A stretch of 64,000 nucleotides of DNA, from contig JAZQOS010000020.1 of the NCBI GenBank assembly GCA_045627925.1, positions 2,942 through 66,941 of the forward strand, in the 5' to 3' direction. Below are positions 56,951-64,000 of this stretch, in pieces (positions within the stretch are counted from its first letter, which is position 1; every line of letters starts with the position of its first letter). The notes below the pieces were generated by a model. It saw nothing but the letters and a program-made list of their open reading frames with translations. It ran no database searches and was not told the origin of the DNA. The translations under genes were made by a program, and so were the position numbers. This DNA is from Kiritimatiellia bacterium (GTDB taxonomy: Bacteria > Verrucomicrobiota > Kiritimatiellia > RFP12 > UBA1067).

Positions 56951-58016
56951 GAGACGTGAATTCCCCGGTTTCGTGGACGTGCACGTCCACTTTCGCGATC
57001 CCGGCATGACCCAGGCGGAAACGACCGCGAGCGGGCTCGAAGCGGCGCGTCGCGGTGGGTTCGCGGCGGTGGTGACGATGCCGAATACGACGCCGGCGGG
57101 CGATTCGGTCAAATGGATAAAGGCCAATCTCGCGGCGCGAGGCGGCGCGAGGATCTATCCCTCGGCGGCGATTACGCGCGGTCGCTTGGGCAAGGAGCCT
57201 TCGGACTTGGAGACGCTCGCCGAGGCGGGAGCCGCTTTTTTCACCGATGATGGCGCCTATGTCGCCGACGACAAGGTGATGGAAAATGCGATGCAGCGCA
57301 TTGCCGATCTTAATATGGTCGTTTGCGAGCACGCGATGGACGGCGCGGTTGAGGCGGGCGGCGTGATTCGCGATTGTCCGCTTGCGCGCAAACTCGGCTT
57401 GCCGACGATTTCGGTCGAAACCGAAACGAGGGCGATTCGGCGCGACCTTTCGATTTGTCGCGAAACCGGCTGTCGCTTGCACATTCAGCACATTTCCACC
57501 GCCGAGGGCGTGGAGCTCGTTCGCAATGCGCAACGCGAGGGTCTGCCGGTTACCGCCGAGGCGACGCCGCACCATCTTCTATTCGCTTGCGAGGAAATTG
57601 AAGCCGACGACGCCGCTTTCAAGATGGCACCGCCGCTCGGTAATCGCGAGGATCGCGCGGAACTGCGTCGCGCGGTAAAGGACGGAGTACTTATGTTCGC
57701 TACCGACCACGCGCCGCACCCGGCGGAGCGCAAGCGGCTCGGTTTTCGCGATTCCGCGAACGGAATCATCGGCTTGGAGACCGCGATTCCCGTGACCTAC
57801 GGCGTAATGGTCGAGGAAGAGGGAATGTCAGTGGAGAAGTGGGCCGAGGCGTGGTGGAAGCTCCCGCGCGATATCGTGCGAGGAATTGCGGACGATTTGC
57901 CCAAAACGAGAATCGAAATCGGCGAGCTGAAGAAGGTCGACATCGAAGCTTTCGCGAGTCTTTCGCGCAACTCGCCCTACGGCGGAACGCAATGGAGGTG
58001 CTGGCCATGCATTTAG
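56937..58016 (+). CDS. pyrC: Dihydroorotase
   Basis: PGFVDVHVHFRDPG, MPNT, HIST, KMAPPL and ATDHAPH. Confidence 0.9.
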   Translation: MPAIERREFPGFVDVHVHFRDPGMTQAETTASGLEAARRGGFAAVVTMPNTTPAGDSVKWIKANLAARGGARIYPSAAITRGRLGKEPSDLETLAEAGAAFFTDDGAYVADDKVMENAMQRIADLNMVVCEHAMDGAVEAGGVIRDCPLARKLGLPTISVETETRAIRRDLSICRETGCRLHIQHISTAEGVELVRNAQREGLPVTAEATPHHLLFACEEIEADDAAFKMAPPLGNREDRAELRRAVKDGVLMFATDHAPHPAERKRLGFRDSANGIIGLETAIPVTYGVMVEEEGMSVEKWAEAWWKLPRDIVRGIADDLPKTRIEIGELKKVDIEAFASLSRNSPYGGTQWRCWPCI

Positions 58017-58825
58017 CGGCTTTTGACCAGGCGGCGGCTTATTTTCCGGATATTTGTTTTCAGCGTCCGCCGGATCTCGGGATTATGCTGGGTTCGGGTT
58101 GGGGCGAGGCGTTGGAGATGGACGAGATCGTCTTTCGCGCCTCCTACGCCGACATTCCGGGGCTGGGCGCGTCCACGGTCAAGGGCCATGTCGGGGAGTT
58201 TGTCCTTTATCGTCGCGCCGGGAAGCTCGTCGCCGCGTGGTGCGGACGCCGCCATTACTACGAGGGCGCGGGCTGGGAGTCGGTGGTGTTGCCGACGGAA
58301 ATGCTGCGGCGGATGGGCTCGCGGACGGTTCTTTTGACCAACGCCTCGGGTGGAATCAATCCCGCACTGCGTCCGGGAGACTTTGTGATCATTCGCGATC
58401 ATATCAATCTCATCGGTTTTAGCCCGCTCGTCGGCGCGCATGTCGCCGAGTGGGGCGAGCGCTTCCCCGACATGACCGAGGTCTATTCGCGGCATTTGGC
58501 GGAACTGCTGCGCTCGAGCGCGAATCGTCACGGTCTTCGGGCGATGGACGGGGTCTACGCCTTCAACATCGGCCCCGCCTACGAGACGCCGGCGGAAATC
58601 CGCGCTTATCGGGCGCAAGGCGCCGACGTGGTCGGAATGTCCACGGTTCCCGAAGCGGTATTCGCCCATGCTTGCGGGATGCGGGTCGCGGGCGTGTCGC
58701 TGGTAAGCAATCTGGCGGCGGGGATTTCGCTTTCGCCGTTGGCGCACGAGGAAGTGGTCGCGGCGGGAGAGGCGGCGAAGCCGAAGATGCGCATGTTGAT
58801 CGACGACTTCCTCGCCAAGCTGTGA
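58007..58825 (+). CDS. punA: Purine nucleoside phosphorylase
   Basis: LGSG, STVKGH, GRRHYYEG, GPAYETPAE and VGMSTVPE. Confidence 0.93.
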   Translation: MHLAAFDQAAAYFPDICFQRPPDLGIMLGSGWGEALEMDEIVFRASYADIPGLGASTVKGHVGEFVLYRRAGKLVAAWCGRRHYYEGAGWESVVLPTEMLRRMGSRTVLLTNASGGINPALRPGDFVIIRDHINLIGFSPLVGAHVAEWGERFPDMTEVYSRHLAELLRSSANRHGLRAMDGVYAFNIGPAYETPAEIRAYRAQGADVVGMSTVPEAVFAHACGMRVAGVSLVSNLAAGISLSPLAHEEVVAAGEAAKPKMRMLIDDFLAKL

Positions 58826-59718
58826 TCGACGACGAGATCGAGCTTTATCTCGGCGCGTTGATGCTCGAAAAGGGGCTTGCGCGCAACTCTTGCGAGGCGT
58901 ACGCGGGCGATCTCAGGCGATTCGCCGCTTACTTGAAGAGTCGGGGAATCGGACGCGCCGACGACATCGAACGCGAACACATCGTCGATTTTCTCGAAGT
59001 CCAGCGCGAGGACGGACGAAGCGGTTCGACCCGCGCTCGTCGCACGGCGGCGATAAGGATGTGGCTAAAGTACTTGCGCGAGCGGCGAATGATCAAGCGC
59101 AATCCGGCGGAACTGCTGGAAGCGCCGAAGAAGGATCTTGTCCTGCCGCGAACGCTTTCCGAAGAAGAGGTCGCGAATCTTTTGGATGGAATCAAGGGTC
59201 TTATGCCGCGCGATTTGCGGGATCGCGCGATGTTGGAGATTATGTACGGGTGCGGGCTGAGGGTGAGCGAAGTTTGCGAGCTTAAGATGGATGCGGTCGT
59301 CGCCGAAGGAGAGCTGCTGCGGGTATTCGGCAAGGGCTCGAAGGAGCGGCTCGTGCCCATCGGCGGCTCGGCCGGGCGAGCGCTTCAGGCGTATTACGAT
59401 TCGGCGCGGGGTGTTTTCGTAAAAGGCAATCTCGCCGAGACCCATGTTTTCGTGACCCGTCTCGGCAAGAAGTTCACTCGCCAGGGCGTCTTTAAGATCA
59501 TTCGCGAGCGCGCCGCCGAAGCGGGAATAGCCGCAGAGCGGATTTCGCCGCATGTTCTTCGCCATTGTTTCGCCTCGCACATGCTTGCGCATGGCGCGGA
59601 TATTCGCGCGATACAGGAGATGTTGGGCCACGCGGATATCGGGACGACGCAGATATACACCCATGTGGACGAGGCGGGCTTTAGCGCGCTACATAAGAGG
59701 TTTCATCCAAGAGCATAG
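58822..59718 (+). CDS. xerD: Site-specific tyrosine recombinase XerD
   Basis: EKGLARNS..AY..DL, GLRVSE, GKGSKER, SPHVLRHCFASH and LGHADIGTTQIYTHV. Confidence 0.9.
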   Translation: MIDDEIELYLGALMLEKGLARNSCEAYAGDLRRFAAYLKSRGIGRADDIEREHIVDFLEVQREDGRSGSTRARRTAAIRMWLKYLRERRMIKRNPAELLEAPKKDLVLPRTLSEEEVANLLDGIKGLMPRDLRDRAMLEIMYGCGLRVSEVCELKMDAVVAEGELLRVFGKGSKERLVPIGGSAGRALQAYYDSARGVFVKGNLAETHVFVTRLGKKFTRQGVFKIIRERAAEAGIAAERISPHVLRHCFASHMLAHGADIRAIQEMLGHADIGTTQIYTHVDEAGFSALHKRFHPRA

Positions 59719-59969
59719 CGTCACTTCGGGATGAAAAGCGGTTTGGCCGCCTATTCTCACTAAGGTTGTCGTGAATACACTAATCCTCGTAGCCGGACTA
59801 TTTACTTCGGCATGGGTTATGTCTGGTAATATAGTTGCTGTTTCCGGTTGAGTAGGCTGGGAGCAGCTATACGTGGCAGCACCATCGCATGGTACGTTTT
59901 GTGCGGAATGCCGTCTCCCAATCGCGACATGCGGGATTTCTACGAGCGCAAGCTCGGCACGTCCTATGG

Positions 59970-60039
59970 CGAGTTGCAAACATGAGCCTCGCCAGCCAGC
60001 GCTTGGGGGCGCGCTGGCTCGGCTCACGTTCACAACTCG
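59970..60039. repeat. Long imperfect palindrome
   Basis: CGAGTTGCAAACATGAGCC...AGCCAGCGC / GCGCTGGCT...GGCTCACGTTCACAACTCG. Confidence 0.7.
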
Positions 60040-60158
60040 AACATATTTCTTTGTCCAGAAGGGCTTCGTTGGGGAAGCTCTGGAAAGCCATTGCTTTTTT
60101 ATGGCAAAGAAATTTTACCCCTACCCTTGACAACTACATACGTGGTATAATTTAGCCA

Positions 60159-61058
60159 ATGATTGACACCAGTGTAAATTTAGGCGGGCTCAAGATGGCG
60201 ACGCCGATCGCCACTGCAAGCGGAACTTTCGGTTATGGGACGGAATATCTCGGCGCGGTCGACTATTCCAAGCTCGGCGCGATTACGGCGAAGGGGATTC
60301 GCCTCGATCCGTGGCCGGGCAACGAAATGCCGCGCCACGCCGAAGTCGCGGGCGGGCTCGTTAACGCCATCGGCTTGCAGGGTACGGGCATCGAGCACTT
60401 CTTAAAGTACACCGTTCCTTGGTATCGCGAAAACGTCAAGGTTCCGCTTATCGCCAACATCTGGGGCGGCTCCATCGAGGAATACGGCGAGGTCGCGCGG
60501 AGAATGGGCTTGGAGGTGGACGCGATCGAGGTTAATGTGAGCTGCCCGAATGTCAAAGAGGGTGGGCACACCTTCGGTCAAGATCCAACCGTTTTGAAAG
60601 AGGTTGTCGAAACGGTGCGCGGCGCTACCAAGCTTCCGCTCATTATCAAGCTCGCGCCGAATGTCCCCGACATTAAGCCCTACATCCGCGCTTGCGAGGA
60701 AGGCGGCGCGGACGCCTTGTCGATGATTAACACCATCCCCGCGATGGTAATCGACATCGAAAAGCGCAAGCCGGTTCTTGCGAACGTCACCGGCGGGCTT
60801 TCCGGCCGCGGAATTCATCCGGCGGCGGTAAAGCTCGTCTACGACGCGCATAAGGCGACCAAACTCCCGATCCTCGCCATGGGCGGGGTCTACGAAGCGA
60901 AGGACGCAATCGAATTCTTGCTTGCGGGCGCGACCGCGGTTGCGGTCGGGACGGCGATTTTCACCAATCCGAAGGTGGTTTCCGAGGTCGCGGACGGTAT
61001 CGTCCAGTATTGCGAAAAGCACGGTTTTTCGTCCGTTTCCGACATCAATATGGTATAA
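60159..61058 (+). CDS. pyrD: Dihydroorotate dehydrogenase (class 1B catalytic subunit)
   Basis: ASGTFGYG, NAIGLQ, NVSCPNV, INT and GGLSG. Confidence 0.95.
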   Translation: MIDTSVNLGGLKMATPIATASGTFGYGTEYLGAVDYSKLGAITAKGIRLDPWPGNEMPRHAEVAGGLVNAIGLQGTGIEHFLKYTVPWYRENVKVPLIANIWGGSIEEYGEVARRMGLEVDAIEVNVSCPNVKEGGHTFGQDPTVLKEVVETVRGATKLPLIIKLAPNVPDIKPYIRACEEGGADALSMINTIPAMVIDIEKRKPVLANVTGGLSGRGIHPAAVKLVYDAHKATKLPILAMGGVYEAKDAIEFLLAGATAVAVGTAIFTNPKVVSEVADGIVQYCEKHGFSSVSDINMV

Positions 61059-61068
61059 TACACCATAT

Positions 61069-61866
61069 ATGAACGGATACAACTCGGTTGTTTGCATAAA
61101 GCAGGTTCCGGATACGAAAAAGGTGACGGGCGACGCCATGAAGGCGGACGGCACGATCAACCGAGCGGCTTTGCCCGCGATTTTCAATCCCGAGGACAAG
61201 AACGCGCTGGAAGCGGCGCTTTGGGTAAAGGAAACCTACGGCGGAACGGTTACCGTAATTACCATGGGCCTTCCGGCGGCGACGGCGGTTCTTCGCGAGG
61301 CGTTGATGTGCGGCGCGGATCGCGCGGTTCTCGTTACCGACCGCAAGGCGGCGGGTTCGGACACGCTCGCTACGAGTTATATTTTGAGCCAGGCGGTTAA
61401 GAAGTTTTCGCCCGATCTCGTATTTTGCGGGCGGCAGGCGATCGACGGCGATACGGCCCAAGTCGGGCCGCAAATCGGCGAAAAGCTCGATTGCGCGGTC
61501 GTTACCTATCTCGAAAAACTCGAGCTTAAGGGCCGCGAGGCGATTGCGACGCGCGACATCGGCACGGGGATCGAGACATGCAAGGCGAAGTTGCCGGCGC
61601 TCTTTACGGTTACCGAGAAGTTCGGCGAGCTTCGTCCCTACCAAATGCGGCGGGTGATGAAGTACAAGAACGCCGAGGTCGAGACGCTTTCCTGCGCCGA
61701 TATCGGCTGCGAGGACGAGCGGTGCGGCTTCGCCGGTTCGCCGACGAGCGTCAACAAGATCGAATCCGTCGTCCTCGCGGGCGGCGAGTTCAAGGCGATC
61801 GAACCGACGGACGAGGGGATCAACCATCTTATCAAGGAGCTTGTCGATGACCACACGATCGGGTGA
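61069..61866 (+). CDS. etfB: Electron transfer flavoprotein beta subunit
   Basis: VCIKQVPDT, NPED and GRQAIDGDTAQVGP. Confidence 0.95.
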   Translation: MNGYNSVVCIKQVPDTKKVTGDAMKADGTINRAALPAIFNPEDKNALEAALWVKETYGGTVTVITMGLPAATAVLREALMCGADRAVLVTDRKAAGSDTLATSYILSQAVKKFSPDLVFCGRQAIDGDTAQVGPQIGEKLDCAVVTYLEKLELKGREAIATRDIGTGIETCKAKLPALFTVTEKFGELRPYQMRRVMKYKNAEVETLSCADIGCEDERCGFAGSPTSVNKIESVVLAGGEFKAIEPTDEGINHLIKELVDDHTIG

Positions 61867-62869
61867 AGTCTGGGTATTCGCCGAACAGGAGGAGGGCAAG
61901 CTCTCCGAGGTTCCGTTCGAGCTTTTGGGCAAGGCGCGCGAACTCGCGGACAAGTTGGGCGTAAAAGTCGGCGCGGCGCTTTTGGGCGAAGACGTGGAGG
62001 GGTTGGCGAAGGAGCTTTTCGAGGCGGGTGCCGACGTCGTTCATCTCGTCGAGGACAAGGAGCTCGAAGTCTTCCGTAACAAGGCCTATCGCGAGGCGAT
62101 GGTTTCGCTCATCAAGGAGTGCTCGCCCCAGATCGTCATCTTCGGCGCGACGCACATGGGGCGCGATCTCGCGCCGGCGGTGGCCTCGGCGCTACGGTGC
62201 GGGCTTACGGCGGATTGCACCGATCTTCAAATCGGCGAATACCTCGACAAGAAGACGAACGAGAAGTTCGAAAACGTCCTGCATCAGATTCGTCCGGCTT
62301 TCGGCGGCAATATTATCGCGACTATCGTGAACGCGCGCCACTGGCCCCAGATGGCGACGGTACGCGAGGGCGTGATGAAGCCCCTCGAGCCGCGCAAGGG
62401 TTTCGAGGGCGAGCTTAAGCGCCACGATTCCCGTTTGAAGGGCGTGGAAATTCCGACTGAAGTTCTGGAAATCGTCCGTAGGGCGTCGACCGTGAATCTC
62501 AAAGGTTCGCGCGTCATCGTCGCGGGCGGCGCGGGCGTCGGCTCGAAGGAGAATTTCCAGTTGCTCCACGAGCTTGCCGCGGCTTTGGGCGGCGCCGTCG
62601 GCGGTTCGCGCGCAGCGGTGGACCTCGGGTATTGCGAACACGAGCGCCAAATCGGACAGACCGGCGTTACGGTTCGTCCGGCGCTTTTTATTTCCTGCGG
62701 AATTTCCGGTGCGGTGCAGCATCTCGCGGGAATGCAGGACTCGGCGAAGATCATCGCCATCAACACCGACAAGGACGCGCCGATTTTCAAAGTCGCCCAC
62801 TACGGCATCGTCGGCGATCTTAACGTCGTCATTCCGAAGATGATCAAGGCCATCAAGGCGAAGGGATAA
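61847..62869 (+). CDS. etfA: Electron transfer flavoprotein alpha subunit
   Basis: GLTADCT, RPAFGG, QIGQTG and GISGAVQH. Confidence 0.95.
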   Translation: MTTRSGEVWVFAEQEEGKLSEVPFELLGKARELADKLGVKVGAALLGEDVEGLAKELFEAGADVVHLVEDKELEVFRNKAYREAMVSLIKECSPQIVIFGATHMGRDLAPAVASALRCGLTADCTDLQIGEYLDKKTNEKFENVLHQIRPAFGGNIIATIVNARHWPQMATVREGVMKPLEPRKGFEGELKRHDSRLKGVEIPTEVLEIVRRASTVNLKGSRVIVAGGAGVGSKENFQLLHELAAALGGAVGGSRAAVDLGYCEHERQIGQTGVTVRPALFISCGISGAVQHLAGMQDSAKIIAINTDKDAPIFKVAHYGIVGDLNVVIPKMIKAIKAKG

Positions 62870-62874
62870 GCGCG

Positions 62875-64000
62875 ATGGGCAATTTTTACCGCGATAATAA
62901 GGATATCGAAAACGTCCTCGATGCGCTCGACCTTACCGAGGTCGCGACGCTCCTGGAGGAAGACTTCAAGTTCGCGAAGGAATACGACTTCGCGCCGAAG
63001 GACGCCGCCGATGCGATCGACAACTACAAGCGCGCGATTGACGTTTGCGGCGAGATTATGGCCAACCGCATCGCGCCGCTCGCCGAGGAAACGGATTTGA
63101 AGGGCAATATCCTCAATCCCGATGGCTCGGTTACCTACGCGCCGGGCATCAAGCTCGCGATTGAGCTATTCGGCAAGACGGGGCTTTTGGGCGTGCAGAT
63201 TCCCTACTACCTCGGAGGCCTCAACATGCCGTGCACGGTGCTTCCCGCCTGCAACGACGTGGTGAGCCGCGGCGACGCCTCGCTCATGAACCTTTTCGGG
63301 CTTCAGGGCATCGCCGAGACGATCAACATGTTCGGAGACGAAGAACTCAAAAAGGCCTATATTCCGAAGCTCGTAACCGGTGAATGGACGGGGGCGATGG
63401 TGCTCACCGAGCCGGACGCGGGTTCCGATCTTCAGAGCGTGAAGACGAGCGCGCATCAGGACGCGAACGGCAACTGGTTCGTGAACGGCGTCAAGCGCTT
63501 CATCACCAACGGTTGCGGCGAAGTGTTGTTGGTCTTGGCGCGCACGGAGCCGGAGTTCTCCGATGGACGCGGACTGAGCTGCCTATTGGTCGAAAAGGGG
63601 CCGTGGGTCAAGGTTCGTAGGCTTGAGAACAAGCTCGGTATTCACGGTTCGCCGACTTGCGAAATGGTATTTACCGAGGCGCCGGCGAAACTGATCGGGT
63701 TGCGCAAGCGCGGACTCATAACCTACGTGATGGCGCTGATGAACGGCGCGCGCATGGGTATCGCCGCCCAGGGAACGGGCATCGGCGAGGCGGCTTACCG
63801 CGCCGCGCGCGATTACGCCGCGAGCCGCAAGCAGTTCGGAGTCACGATCGACAACTTCCCGGCGATTCGCGAACTCATCTCGACGATGAGCGTCGAATTG
63901 CAGGCCTCGCGCGCGCTCGCCTATTACGCGGCGAAGAACGTCGACATGGAAACCGGTCTCGGCCGGAAGGGCGATCGTCCGCGCGCGAAACGCTACGCCA
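62875..64000 (+). CDS. Acyl-CoA dehydrogenase (runs off the window)
   Basis: Manual translation: MGNFYRDN..., GAMVLTEPDAGSDL, GVKRFITNG, KLGIHGSPT and RKQFG. Confidence 0.93.
   Translation, partial: MGNFYRDNKDIENVLDALDLTEVATLLEEDFKFAKEYDFAPKDAADAIDNYKRAIDVCGEIMANRIAPLAEETDLKGNILNPDGSVTYAPGIKLAIELFGKTGLLGVQIPYYLGGLNMPCTVLPACNDVVSRGDASLMNLFGLQGIAETINMFGDEELKKAYIPKLVTGEWTGAMVLTEPDAGSDLQSVKTSAHQDANGNWFVNGVKRFITNGCGEVLLVLARTEPEFSDGRGLSCLLVEKGPWVKVRRLENKLGIHGSPTCEMVFTEAPAKLIGLRKRGLITYVMALMNGARMGIAAQGTGIGEAAYRAARDYAASRKQFGVTIDNFPAIRELISTMSVELQASRALAYYAAKNVDMETGLGRKGDRPRAKRYA

Noticed and set aside
58822-59718. Integron or phage integrase
   Set aside because: It looks like housekeeping XerD: host codon usage, translational coupling to punA and no evident IntI-specific insertion.
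60127-60151. TTGACA as the -35 of the pyrD promoter
   Set aside because: It is only 13 nt from TATAAT, too short for a sigma-70 spacer; the TG-extended -10 is sufficient.

Overview
A GC-rich, mostly housekeeping stretch of bacterial chromosome, almost all coding on the + strand. The host is probably an anaerobic diderm of the PVC group (Kiritimatiellae/Lentisphaerae-like); this is inferred from gene content and protein style, not proven. In order it holds: partial mfd; a 2-aminoethylphosphonate biosynthesis cluster (GT2-aepY-aepZ-aepX-GtrA); serC-serA-DUF1015; pyrH-frr; an ABC exporter; lgt-queD; an in-frame chromate-transporter/DUF3857-transglutaminase ORF; rpsP-rplS-trmD; tmRNA with a small lower-GC island at its 3' end; rpsB-tsf; ychF; a repeat-rich intergenic region followed by an AT-rich BspA-like LRR gene; kdsA-lptCAB-hpf-hprK-ptsH-ptsI; nifS; pyrC; xerD; pyrD; etfBA; and a partial acyl-CoA dehydrogenase. 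Five observations stand out. (1) A mini GIY-YIG gene with REP-like hairpins lies between tmRNA and degenerate copies of the tmRNA 3' end. (2) One helix appears to serve both as the last TM segment of the chromate transporter and as the signal peptide of a nested secreted protein with its own promoter. (3) A promoter, boxA-like motif and multi-hairpin candidate ncRNA precede the LRR gene. (4) There is a 22-bp-period palindromic tandem array. (5) TGnTATAAT boxes sit 7-12 nt before many start codons (leaderless architecture), some built into the upstream stop codon. Coordinates were counted by eye and may be off by a few bases.
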